Below are positions 1-11,993 of a stretch of DNA of 33,000 nt, in pieces; position 1 is the first letter of the stretch; each line of letters starts with the position of its first letter. Under the pieces are notes generated by a model, which did not search any database, was not told the DNA's origin, and saw only the letters and a program-made list of their open reading frames with translations. This DNA is from Laetmonice hystrix. Its lineage: Eukaryota. Made by a program: the position numbers and the translations under genes. Location of the stretch: positions 22,413,001 through 22,446,000 of the forward strand of contig OZ249437.1 of the NCBI GenBank assembly GCA_965235115.1. The letters run 5' to 3'.

Positions 1-141
1 GCGATTCCCTCAGAACTAATCGTACCTTCAGAGGGATTCCCTCAGAACTAATCGTACCTTCAGAGGGATTCCCTCAGAACTAATCGTAACTTCAGAGGGA
101 TTCCCTCAGAACTAATCGTAACGTCAGAGAGGATCCCTCAA
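1..141. repeat. 32-bp minisatellite, ~4.4 copies, truncated by window start
   Basis: Unit GAGGGATTCCCTCAGAACTAATCGTACCTTCA starts at 31, 63 and 95; it contains the palindrome GAGGGA-T-TCCCTC. Confidence 0.95.
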
Positions 142-300
142 AAGTAATCTGTCATAATCTAACCGATCTCACCTAATGCTGCCATAGTCGACACTCCCGT
201 GGCTGGACAGTTAGCTGACCATTGGTCAGCTGTTGGTCAGTATTGGTATGAGATAATCACTCTGACCACATGGTGGTCCATCTGGTGGCTGGGTACATAC

Positions 301-376
301 CTGACGTGACTGACCGTGTGTCTGGCTGTGGGAGTGGTGAGGGATGTACTGTGTGGTAATGATCATAGACTCATCC
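301..376 (-). other. Candidate 76-nt exon
   Basis: Minus strand: TATATTTAG | G-DESMIITTQYIPHHSHSQTHGQSRQ | GTATGT (CAG/GTATGT donor); no homology recognised. Confidence 0.22.
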
Positions 377-428
377 CTAAATATACAGGCACATTCCTGG
401 AGGGGCAAACTCCGGGAGCATCTCAGTA

Positions 429-1072
429 CCTGGAGGACCCCTGGTCTGGCTACTCACGGCCTGGAGGATCCGCGGTCTGACCACTGACTGCCTGGAGGGA
501 CCCGCGGTCTGACCACTCACTGCCTGGAGGGACCCCTGGTCTGACCACTCACGGCCTGGAGGATCCGCGGTCTGACCACTCACGGCCTGGAGGATCCGCG
601 GTCTGACCACTGACTGCCTGGAGGGACCCGCGGTCTGACCACTCACTGCCTGGAGGGACCCCTGGTCTGACCACTCACTGCCTGGAGGACCCCCGGTCTG
701 ACCACTCACTGCCTGGAGGGACCCCTGGTCTGACCACTGACTGCCTGGAGGACCCGCGGTCTGACCAATCACTGCCTGGAGGACCCGCGGTCTGACCACT
801 GACTGCCTGGAGGGACCCCTGGTCTGACCACTCACTGCCTGGAGGGACCTCCGGCATGACCACTCACTGCCTGGAGGGACCTCCGGCATGACCACTCACT
901 GCCTGGAGGACCCCGGTCTTACCACTCACTGCCTGGAGGGCCCGCGGTCTGACCACTCACTGCCTGGAGGACCCGCGGTCTGACCACTCACTGCCTGGAG
1001 GACCCGCGGTCTGACCACTCACTGCCTGGAGGACCCCCGGTCTGACCACTCACTGCCTGGAGGGACCTCCGG
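429..1072. repeat. 31-32-bp minisatellite, ~20 copies
   Basis: Unit CCTGGAGG(G)ACCCGCGGTCTGACCACTCACTG with variant copies; source of ORFs 377..895 and 675..863. Confidence 0.96.
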
Positions 1073-2824
1073 CCAGGTGTAAATTCAAATATAGGGGGTA
1101 TGGTGTTACCCCGGCCTGGGATTGACTGACCCCCCCCCCCCACCCCCGCCGCCCTCTAGCGGTGACCCCGACCCCGACATATCCCACCCCGATCCTCCCC
1201 ATACCCTCGTCCCCGCGATCAGGCTCAGTCCTGATTGAATGTGGTCGGATTTGATAAGGTATCACCTCCCAGAGAAACATTGGAACGCTCAAAGGTCAGC
1301 GGGTGCATGTCGTTTATTAATCTCCGATTAAACCGAGCTCTGACTTCAGAGACATTGAGCGGCAAAGATCGGTTATTTTTATGTCTCTGGGACTGATAGG
1401 GTGGAGCCCCTGTCCGTCCTCATCGTCTCCTATCTCTATAGTGATCAGGAATTATCACCTGACCGACCAGAACGCCAGGTGGGCGTTCTCCTTTCATCTC
1501 GATTAAAGGAAAGCTGCAGATATTTACAGAGTAAACTGTCACCGAGAAAACAAAATATTGGCCCGTATTTATTGTAATGGGCTGCCGTGCATGGCACGTA
1601 CGTCACCAGCTAATTCTTACAGCGTCCATGGATTATACTGAACGTCTCGAGTACCGAGCGAACGCTCAGTCTGCCCACACTCGCTCATAGAGGGCGCTCC
1701 AGGCGGCGGGGAAGTCACGTGATGTGGTTAATTTACGTCCAGTCGGAAACTTTTGTCTATCAGATCTTATGGCAGGCAAGGGTCTTGTTCCAGTTCTTTC
1801 TCTAGAGATGACACAGGAGAAACGCGTGCACCGGGACTACTCCTTACTCTTAGCGATAGGGGGTAGGGGTCTTTTACTCTTAGCGATATGGAGTCTTTTA
1901 CGTGCTGGCCGACGTGGCTCCCAATATTTTAATGTCGTGTCTGAATGTAAGACGTTTGTTTTGACGTTGTGTCTGAATATGGGACATTTGTTTTGTGACC
2001 CTGTCTGACGGTCAGAAAATGTCACATGTATATTGTTGATATAGACATGTATGTTGTACAAGTCAACCACGTATGTTTGTGCGAATGATCTATCATTTTT
2101 TGACTGGAAGTAGTCCCAATAAAGCTGCCTTTATATGCCACATGTCGAAGACGAAGCTGTTCGGTAATGGAAGACGTCAGCTGACGTGCAAACAGCAGGT
2201 CACTGAACCCAATCTCAGTTCTATTGAAGGTTGTTTTTTTCACCGAACCATTTGCTGTAGATCGAATAGAAAGATTCTAACTTAATTGAGATGAGTGTCA
2301 TGACTTTGAGAGAGGGATGGCTTCAAAGTGTGGTCGGTGGGGTGTGGGGTGTGGGGTGGGGTGACGGGTGTGGGGGTTGGGGGAGGGTAAACCGGGAGGT
2401 CTGACGGTAGATGAGAGAGAAACCCTCCCACCACGGGGAAACACCCTTCCTTGATCACCCCCACCCCGGCCAGGTAAACGGAAAAACACGTCAGCCCACA
2501 AACCTCTCTCAAAGTGTTCTCAGATAGCGATTTCACGTTTATGTCGACCACACATCAAGAAGAGAGTGTTTTCTCTCCGTGTTTGCGCGGGCACTCCGCC
2601 GCCGGGGCTGGGGGTTTGCTGAGAAGGGGCGGGGGTACATTATTGGGGTTCAGGGGTGGGGTGGAATTGTCAGTGAAGGGGTTACAAAGAGGACTGAGAG
2701 GTATGTTCCTACCCCGGTGGGGGTGGCCGTCCACCCGGCCTGTCGGGTGGCGGCTAGCGGGGCCCAACTAGGCTCAGGACCATTCCACGGAGTCTGGGGG
2801 CTGGGGTTGTGGTTTGTGGTTTGG

Positions 2825-3003
2825 GTCTGGGCTGGGCCGGGGCTGGGGTCTGGGCCGGGGCTGGGGTCTGGGGCTGGGGACTCTCTCTCTTTTTGCATGT
2901 CTCTCTCGGCGTCTCTCCTCTCTCTGTCTCTGTCTGTCTCTCTGTGTGTGTCTCTCCCTCTCTATGTCTCTGTGTCTCTTCCTCTCTTTCCTCTCTCTCT
3001 CTG
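2825..3003. repeat. G-rich GGGCTG/GGGTCT repeat followed by CT/GT microsatellite
   Basis: Low-complexity tracts read directly. Confidence 0.9.
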
Positions 3004-3226
3004 CCAAACTCACGGGTTCACCTGTGTCGTTAGTATACCCCTGCTCCTCAGTGTAAGCTAAGTGTAAGCTCATTGTAAACTCAATGTAAGCTTAATGTCA
3101 CTTAAAACCTAGAGCTAGAAGGATGGCGCAGAGCTATGATAACGTCAACAGAATATCTTCCGCCTAACTTGATATATCTCCACACTGTCATCATACCGAG
3201 CCATTGAGAACCTGAACACAATACTA

Positions 3227-3299
3227 TCGGGTAAATCTACCTGCCCTCTGTCTGTACGGTTCGGGTAAATCTACCTGCCCTCTGTCTGTACGGTTCGGG
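3227..3299. repeat. 34-bp two-copy tandem duplication
   Basis: TCGGGTAAATCTACCTGCCCTCTGTCTGTACGGT x2 followed by TCGGG. Confidence 0.93.
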
Positions 3300-4081
3300 C
3301 AGGAACAAGGGACTGAATATCACGGACAATAATTTAACGGAGGTTAGGACCTTCTGACAGTACTTGTGACAGAAACTCTGTGAGTTTCGGGTTGATCAAA
3401 GTTTTCTGAGAGCAATTGGTTGAGAAGTTTATCAGAAAGCTGGGAGGATGTGAGCGCAGACTTTGTAAACTCTGACTGTATAAGACATTCCTGGACGAGG
3501 AGGTATGCAAGGTTAGAAGTGAAAACCTATTCCAGCAGTTGTTTAAATCTGATACCTGATTCTCAAACCATTCCGGTGGCGCAGAGGAATAAACCATCAA
3601 CATTGGGTAAAAAAACGGAATGTTTTGTCAGAAAATTGAGGGAAACAGTTCTGATGTGGGCCGTTATAGGTCGCTGTACTCGGGTAGCCTGGGGAGGGAT
3701 TGTCCTGGGACATTCCGTTGGGAGGGTTGGCGTGGGGGTGGGGGTGGTGGGTGGTGCGTCCATTTGATGGGACAGAGGCAGTGGTGAAGGTGACCCCCCT
3801 ACTCCCGGCTGACGGTCAGACAGACCGCCCCGGGCCGAGACCGGCAGCCCAGATCACCTTCCCCGGCCGGTGTACCGGGCTCGGTGTTTGCTCGGGATGG
3901 CCTTCCCCTCCGTGGTGGGGGAGGGGGGGGGGGACCGCCACCCTGCACCCCAACCCGTCCCGTGAAATGGCCAGTCTAAAGCCCCCCCCCCCCCGTCTGA
4001 AAAACTGAAAAACGACCCGAGTCAGTGATATTTCCCTGCAAACAGTCAGCACCTATCTGTGAGGGGAGGGACGGGAGAATG

Positions 4082-4358
4082 CAGGTGTTCACATGGGACA
4101 TCTTGAGAGTTACCTGGGACATCTAACACTGCACACACCCAGGTGTCTCTGAGAGATAGGCACACCAGGGACTGGGAGCATACAGGTGTTCACATGGGAC
4201 ATCTTGAGAGTTACCTGGGACATTCAACACCCGCACGACACCCAGCTGTCTCTGAGAGACAGGCACACCAGGGACTGGGAGCATACAGGTGTTCACATGG
4301 GACATCTTGAGAGTTACCTGGGACATCCAACACTGCACGACACCCAGGTGTCTCTGAG
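4082..4358. repeat. 101-103-bp tandem repeat, ~2.7 copies
   Basis: CAGGTGTTCACATGGGACATCTTGAGAGTTACCTGGGACAT... starts at 4082, 4183 and 4286. Confidence 0.93.
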
Positions 4359-4494
4359 ACTAAGTCGTAGCTCCGCAGGGCATGTTCTCCGCGGGATCAA
4401 GTTTATACCATTATAAAAATACTAAAAATGGCAACACATGGTTTCAAAACTTGAGTAGGACCCATGTCAGCCCGCCTGTCTCTGGAGCCGGAGA

Positions 4495-4507
4495 TGACCT
4501 TTGACCT
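4495..4507 (-). promoter_or_regulatory. Perfect nuclear-receptor DR1 consensus (AGGTCAAAGGTCA)
   Basis: TGACCTTTGACCT on the + strand; motif match only. Confidence 0.3.
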
Positions 4508-5105
4508 GAGCAGTCCGGCGGGAGTGGAGGCGGCAGATGTAGCAAGGTTAGTGAAGGACGATGACCAGGTGAAGGTGGACACCTGAGTGTCGGGCTGGCG
4601 TCCTTTGATCACTAGAGGGAGCCACTGAGTAGTCTATTGTCGGCTCGCCGAGCGCCGCCACGATCTGACGTGGGGGAGAGACAGGACGCGTCACGGAGGA
4701 TATTTTTCTATGAGACACAGGAAGTGAAGAGTTTTGAGTGGGCAGATGGAGGGACACTTAACACGTGACACCGACTCATGGGACCTGACTCCCCGCTGTC
4801 TGCTACAGTCAGCACTTTGTTCTCTACAGAACAAAAGCAGCCGCTTCACGTGTACCATCAGCTTCCTCGGCAATTTCTGTGAAGTAATGGGACACTTACA
4901 TCGGCTTTTTGATGTAACACACAACTGTTATTAAATTCCAGCCAATTCAATTTGTTGGCGAGTATCGAGTTATGGGCAGACTTGGCGGAAGTTTGACGAA
5001 ACACACGTAAAGTTTTAGCAGCTGGAGTGATTCCAGAGGGACAAGAGATGAAATATGTTGGGGATGGAGAGGATGGAATCAGTGAGGTTAATTCGTTCTG
5101 AGAGA

Positions 5106-5682
5106 AGTTACAGTAACCGTCGTAGTCAGTTGGTTGTCTGTTACAGTTACAGTAACCGTCGTAGTCAGTTGGTTGTCTGTTACAGTTACAGTAACCGTCG
5201 TCGTCAGTTGGTTGTCTGTTACAGTTACAGTAACCGTCGTAGTCAGTTGGTTGTCTGTTACAGTTACAGTAACCGTCGTAGTCAGTTGGTTGTCTGTTAC
5301 AGTTACAGTAACCGTCGTCGTCAGTTGGTTGTCTGTTACAGTTACAGTAACCGTCGTAGTCAGTTGGTTGTCTGTTACAGTTACAGTAACCGTCGTCGTC
5401 AGTTGGTTGTCTGTTACAGTTACAGTAACCGTCGTAGTCAGTTGGTTGTCTGTTACAGTTACAGTAACCGTCGTAGTCAGTTGGTTGTCTGTTACAGTTA
5501 CAGTAACCGTCGTCGTCAGTTGGTTGTCTGTTACAGTTACAGTAACCGTCGTCGTCAGTTGGTTGTCTGTTACAGTTACAGTAACCGTCGTAGTCAGTTG
5601 GTTGTCTGTTACAGTTACAGTAACCGTCGTAGTCAGTTGGTTGTCTGTTACAGTTACAGTAACCGTCGTAGTCAGTTGGTTG
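5106..5682. repeat. 39-bp minisatellite, ~14.8 copies
   Basis: Unit AGTTACAGTAACCGTCGT(A/C)GTCAGTTGGTTGTCTGTTAC, near-identical copies; explains ORFs 5055..5820. Confidence 0.97.
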
Positions 5683-5684
5683 TA

Positions 5685-5879
5685 CCGTTTAAACCGTGAC
5701 ACCGGCCTCCGATCCGGACCGACTGCCGGGTATGGAGTCGGTGGGTTCTGCAGTCCCGGTGAACTGTTCAAGTTGTCCCCAGTCTATGAACAACCACAGT
5801 CATGTTCCCGGGCCGTTTAAACCGTGACACCGGCAGTCCCGGTGACCTGTTCAAGTTGTTCCAGGTCCGTCATGTTCCC
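5685..5879. repeat. Tandem duplication whose second copy has internal deletions
   Basis: Blocks CCGTTTAAACCGTGACACCGGC, AGTCCCGGTGA.CTGTTCAAGTTGT and GTCATGTTCCC occur in order at 5685-5808 and again, compacted, at 5812-5879. Confidence 0.85.
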
Positions 5880-7041
5880 TGACAATTATGTGTGATAATC
5901 AGTTTACTATGCGGCAACACCTTGTCCCTACGGTGTGCCGCCTACCAGAGGACAGGCGGAGGTGAGGGGGTAGACCCCCCACCCCCCAGCCGACAGCCTC
6001 AGGGGTTGGGTCGGACATATCATTGTTTTCACCTCGTTACCCGTTCTCTACAACCCCGGCTGATTGTCACCTTTATTGCCCGGCGACCATGGCCGGGACT
6101 GGCGGAACCGTTAAACCCGGAACCATACACACCCAGTACGACCTCCCAGACAATAGCTACACAATGCGCACTCTGTATGTCAAACAATTAAAAGTTATGT
6201 GTTATTTGAGACAGATAATGATCAGAGACACCGGTCATAGTTCAGCAATTCGCCGCCAGGGACTGGACCCGACCATTGTGACGACAGTATCTGGGTATCA
6301 GGAGTGATACTCCATCGCTGCCTCAATAAATGAGGCATGGCTCGTTATAAATAAATGAGGCATGCCGTATTGTTTCTGGAATCTCTTTACAATTGGTCTC
6401 AAGGGAGCAGGGATATTTTGTATCTTTGTGTTGTGTTTTTGTTTGTTCATTGTTTAACGAGAAAGGACCGTTATGTACATTGATAAAACATTAATGGAAG
6501 CAATAGATCGCATCTGTGTAAGTGGGTAGATCAATTTCCTGCAATGGTCGACATTGACATCACATCATCCATCCAGGCGAAAAAATGAACTGAGGTGAAA
6601 CATACAGGGGGACGTCATGATCAGGACCTTACACCCCCATCCCACACCCACCCCCCCCCCACCCCCTACCCCTCCAGAACACACCCCGGTACCTCGATTC
6701 GATCCCCAGCTCCCCAGTGTTCAGGTTCCCACAGACTCCCCCCCCCACCTGGAGATATATACCCGAGTGAGGGTAGAGAGGAAGGGGTAATGTAGCCGGC
6801 ACCAGGGTGACTGATATGAGACTTACCCCTCATACACTCAATCTGATTCACGAGGTATCTGTCATATTCTCTGTCAGCTCTAATGATCATCGTTATAAAA
6901 ACTCGCAACCAACGGCTGATAACGATAAGATAACGACGAGGTTAACGACAACATGAGGCTCTGCGCTCGCCCATATCTATGGTCTATAAGTATCGGAGGA
7001 TCGTTAGCCGAGTATTTGTAAACGATGCTCGTTATGGCTCT

Positions 7042-8353
7042 ATATCTGAGGACCTGTGGGGTCGTACAAATGGTTGGTGCTGGGAGGGTGAGGATATCTG
7101 AGCACCTGTGGGGTCGTACAAATGGTTGGTGTTGGGATGGCGAGGATATCTGAGGACCTGTGGGGTCGTACAAATGGTTGGTGCTGGGAGGGTGAGGATA
7201 TCTGAGGACCTGTGGGGTCGTACAAATGGTTGGTGCTGGGAGGGTGAGGATATCTGAGGACCTGTAGGGTCGTACAAATGGTTGGTGTTGGGAGGGTGAG
7301 GATATCTGAGGACCTGTGGGGTCGTACAAATGGTTGGTGTTGGGATGGCAGGGCGAGGATATCTGAGGACCTGTGGGGTCGTACAAATGGTTGGTGTTGG
7401 GAGGGTGAGGATATCTGAGGACCTGTAGGGTCGTACAAATGGTTGGTGTTGGGAGGGTGAGGATATCTGAGGACCTGTGGGGTCGTACAAATGGTTGGTG
7501 TTGGGAGGGTGAGGATATCTGAGGACCTGTAGGGTCGTACAAATGGTTGGTGCTGGGAGGGTGAGGATATCTGAGGACCTGTAGGGTCGTACAAATGGTT
7601 GGTGTTGGGAGGGTGAGGATATCTGAGGACCTGTAGGGTCGTACAAATGGTTGGTGTTGGGAGGGTGAGGATATCTGAGGACCTGTAGGGTCGTACAAAT
7701 GGTTGGTGTTGGGAGGGTGAGGATATCTGAGGACCTGTGGGGTCGTACAAATGGTTGGTGTTGGGAGGGTGAGGATATCTGAGGACCTGTAGGGTCGTAC
7801 AAATGGTTGGTGTTGGGAGGGTGAGGATATCTGAGGACCTGTGGGGTCGTACAAATGGTTGGTGTTGGGAGGGTGAGGATATCTGAGGACCTGTAGGGTC
7901 GTACAAATGGTTGGTGTTGGGAGGGTGAGGATATCTGAGGACCTGTGGGGTCGTACAAATGGTTGGTGTTGGGAGGGTGAGGATATCTGAGGACCTGTGG
8001 GGTCGTACAAATGGTTGGTGTTGGGAGGGAGAGGATATCTGAGGACCTGTGGGGTCGTACAAATGGTTGGTGCTGGGATGGCAGGGTGAGGATATCTGAG
8101 GACCTGTGGGGTCGTACAAATGGTTGGTGCTGGGAGGGTGAGGATATCTGAGGACCTGTAGGGTCGTACAAATGGTTGGTGCTGGGATGGCGAGGATATC
8201 TGAGGACCTGTAGGGTCGTACAAATGGTTGGTGTTGGGAGGGTGAGGATATCTGAGGACCTGTAGGGTCGTACAAATGGTTGGTGTTGGGAGGGTGAGGA
8301 TATCTGAGGACCTGTAGGGTCGTACAAATGGTTAGTGTTGGGATGGCGAGGAT
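7042..8353. repeat. 52-bp minisatellite, ~25 copies, with two 56-bp variants
   Basis: Unit ATATCTGAGGACCTGT(G/A)GGGTCGTACAAATGGTTGGTG(T/C)TGGGAGGGTGAGG; explains the three ~430-aa minus-strand ORFs. Confidence 0.97.
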
Positions 8354-8616
8354 GTGCTGACTGATATAAATGATGTGATCATTAATATCTGCCGACCGGG
8401 TGGAGGAGTGGTGTAGGGTGGGGAGGACGGGCAGGGGGTGGCGAGGGTGAGTTATCTCAGCACTGACAGGGGGGCCATGTCATGGTAAGGTCATCCTGGC
8501 GGGGGAGGGGAGGGTTTAACCTTGGACCAGGTAGACATCAGGGGTTGGTCGGATGGTGCTACCTGACAGGTATATCCTACCTACCTGTAGGAACCAGTTC
8601 GTCACCCCCTCAATAC

Positions 8617-8806
8617 CCACCCCAGTACACACCCACTCCACCCGGTACACACCCACTCCACCCCAGTACACACCCACTGCACCCCAGTACACACCCACTG
8701 CACCCCAGTACACACCCACTCCACCCCGGTACACACCCACCCCACCCCAGTACACACCCACTCAACCCCAGTACACACCCACTCCACCCCAGTACACACC
8801 CACTCC
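8617..8806. repeat. 22-bp minisatellite, ~8.5 copies
   Basis: Unit CCCCAGTACACACCCACTCCA-like. Confidence 0.93.
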
Positions 8807-9354
8807 AATAGTCTGCTTATATTTTTGTACATGTAGCCTGGACCATATCTCCTTGTGGTGTAGTACTTGATGACAGCCGACCAACTCAACAAGTTAGATC
8901 ATAACATCTATATGACCTCTTCGTTTGTGTAATCCCATGCTTCGTGCTGCATCATGGTTGTTTATCGGTTCATCGGAGAGTTAACACTTTAACACTTAAT
9001 TGTTAGTGGAGTATCTAAGACTTGTCTCACTTTAACACTTAATAATACGTAAGTGGAATATCTAGTGGCATCTCTCACATCAAGGAGACGTCTTGTCTAA
9101 GAAATATTTGATGGCTGAGCTCTGGGAGCCTACGGTTTGGTAGGAATTTTTGCAAGCCATCTCAGTCAAAAAGTAGCTGGGAGAAAGATAGTGAACCGGT
9201 CGGAATATTAACGGTAAATATTGGCCCAGGGGTCGCGTTTACCACATGACCTTACGTTTTATGTACTATCCAGGATAAAAGAGTTGTCGGGCAAGTATAC
9301 ATGGATCTTCACTCAAAAAAAAAACACTGATGCGCGAAAAGGATTCTTGGTGAC

Positions 9355-10527
9355 AGCCCAAGTGACCATGTCATCTCCAGACAGTCTGCTCCAGTGTCAA
9401 GTGTAGTAACTCTGACATGGTTCCAGCCCAAGTGGCCGTGTCATCTCCAGACAGTCTGCTCCAGTGTCAAGTGTAGTAACTCTGACATTGTTCCAGCCCA
9501 AGTGGCCGTGTCATCTCCAGACAGTCTGCTCCAGTGTCAAGTGTAGTAACTGACATTGTTCCAGCCCAAGTGGCCGTGTCATCTCCAGACAGTCTGCTCC
9601 AGTGTCAAGTGTAGTAACTCTGACATTGTTTCAGCCCAAGTGGCCATGTCATCTCCAGACAGTCTGCTCCAGTGTCAAGTGTAGTAACTCTGACATTGTT
9701 TCAGCCCAAGTGGCCATGTCATCTCCAGACAGTCTGCTCCAGTGTCAAGTGTAGTAACTCTGACATTGTTCCAGCCCAAGTGGCCGTGTCATCTCCAGAC
9801 AGTCTGCTCCAGTGTCAAGTGTAGTAACTCTGACATTGTTTCAGCCCAAGTGGCCGTGTCATCTCCAGACAGTCTGCTCCAGTGTCAAGTGTAGTAACTC
9901 TGACATTGTTCCAGCCCAAGTGACCATGTCATCTCCAGACAGTCTGCTCCAGTGTCAAGTGTAGTAACTCTGACATTGTTCCAGCCCAAGTGGCCATGTC
10001 ATCTCCAGACAGTCTGCTCCAGTGTCAAGTGTAGTAACTCTGACATTGTTTCAGCCCAGGTGACCATGTCATCTCCAGACAGTCTGCTCCAGTGTCAAGT
10101 GTAGTAACTCTGACATTGTTCCAGCCCAAGTGACCATGTCATCTCCAGACAGTCTGCTCCAGTGTCAAGTGTAGTAACTCTGACATTGTTCCAGCCCAAG
10201 TGACCATGTCATCTCCAGACAGTCTGCTCCAGTGTCAAGTGTAGTAACTCTGACATTGTTCCAGCCCAAGTGACCATGTCATCTCCAGACAGTCTGCTCC
10301 AGTGTCAAGTGTAGTAACTCTGACATTGTTCCAGCCCAAGTGTCCATGTCATCTCCAGACAGTCTGCTCCAGTGTCAAGTGTAGTAACTCTGACATTGTT
10401 CCAGCCCAAGTGGCCATGCCATCTCCAGACAGTCTGCTCCAGTGTCAAGTGTAGTAACTCTGACATTGTTCCAGCCCAAGTGACCATGTCATCTCCAGAC
10501 AGTCTGCTCCAGTGTCAAGTGTAGTAA
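9355..10527. repeat. 70-bp minisatellite, ~16.8 copies
   Basis: Unit CAGCCCAAGTGRCCRTGTCATCTCCAGACAGTCTGCTCCAGTGTCAAGTGTAGTAACTCTGACATTGTTY; one 68-bp copy. Confidence 0.97.
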
Positions 10528-11067
10528 TCACTGTATATTACGTCATATACGAAGTGTGTGTGTTCCTTGGACGAGACTGACATCCATATAAAACTACTTT
10601 GACCAGACAATGTATGACCACTAGGATCGGGAGGAAGCAGACTATGAAATCAATAGGTTTGTATCGTCTACAGCAGCGAGTAATTGGTTAAACAAACATC
10701 AAGATCCCAGTGTGATTTACTCAGCTGGTAGTGGGACTTGGGTAAAGGTTATAACTACTGCTGCAGCCATGTGGGTGCTGGGGCGGCAACGGGCACAGGC
10801 CAAGGGCACTATGGTGCCAATGAGCAATGAGGCAATTGGCGGCAATGGGCGGCAATGAGCATACGCCATGAGGCAGTGGGCACCAATGAGCGCGGGCGAC
10901 GGGGCGCTTGGGACAAGACCTCAGCATGGCTCCCAGCCTCCAACCTTGATCATATCGCAGTAATAAGGTATATGATTGGTCCTCCACCGCCAGGCTCCAA
11001 TCTCCACTTTGATCGAGATCCACTCTCAGCAGGTCTTCACAACAAAGCCATTCCAGGCGGGCAGCCC

Positions 11068-11247
11068 GGGGAGAACGGTACTCGGAGATACACCCCAGTG
11101 TTGGTGAGATAGAATCGGGGAGAACGGTACTCGGAGATACACCCCAGTGTTGGTGAGATAGAATCGGGGAGAACGGTACTCGGAGATACAACCCGGTGTT
11201 GGTGAGATAGAATTGGGGAGAACGGTACTCGGAGATACAACCCGGTG
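11068..11247. repeat. 49-bp minisatellite, ~3.6 copies
   Basis: GGGGAGAACGGTACTCGGAGATACACCCCAGTGTTGGTGAGATAGAATC at 11068, 11117, 11166 and 11215. Confidence 0.94.
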
Positions 11248-11353
11248 AGATTGGTGCGATAGAATTGGATTGGATGAGACGATTTGTCAGAAAACCGTGA
11301 CTGTTTCTCTCCGCGCCTTCCGACCTGTAGCCTGCTCATGTCGGACCGAATGC

Positions 11354-11993
11354 GGGTCCTGATGGTACGGCTGGAATCACGGCTCGCTGGCTGGCAGCGG
11401 GCGGCAGTGAGGGTCCTGATGTTGTGGCTGGAATCACGGCTCGCTGGCTGGCAGCGGGAGGCAATGTGGCTGAAATCATGGCCCACTGGCTGGCAGCGGG
11501 CGGCAGTGTGGCTGGAATCACGGCCCACTGGCTGGCAGCGGGCGGCAGTGAGGGTCCTGATGGTACGGCTAGAATCACGGCCCAATGGCTGGCAGCGGGA
11601 GGCAGTGAGGGTCCTGATGTTGTGTCTGGAATCACGGCCCGCTGGCTGGCAGGGGGCGGCAGTGTGGCTGGAATCACGGCCCACTGGCTGGCAGCGGGCG
11701 GTAGTGTGGCTGGAATCACGGCTCGCTGGCTGGAAGGGGGCGGCAGTGTGGCTGGAATCACGGCCCACTGGCTGGCAGCGGGCGGCAGTGTGGCTGAAAT
11801 CACGGCTCGCTGGCTGGCAGCGGGCGGCAGTGTGGCTGGAATCACGGCTCGCTGGCTGGCAGCGGGCGGCAGTGTGGCTGGAATCACGGCTCGCTGGCTG
11901 GCAGCGGGCGGCAGTGTGGCTGGAATCACGGCTCGCTGGCTGGCAGCGGGCGGCAGTGTGGCTGGAATCACGGCCCGCTGGCTGGCAGCGGGA
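11354..11993. repeat. 42-bp minisatellite with 57-bp variants, ~14 units
   Basis: Unit GGCTGGAATCACGGCTCGCTGGCTGGCAGCGGGCGGCAGTGT; some units carry a 15-bp AGGGTCCTGATG... insert. Confidence 0.95.

Noticed and set aside
4465-4587. 40-aa plus-strand ORF MSARLSLEPEMTFDL...
   Set aside because: Short, no recognisable family, and no supporting gene structure.
5055-8327. Long ORFs of 214-447 aa
   Set aside because: They lie within arrays and are open in several frames or strands. The 52-bp unit is not a multiple of 3, so the peptides cycle through all frames.
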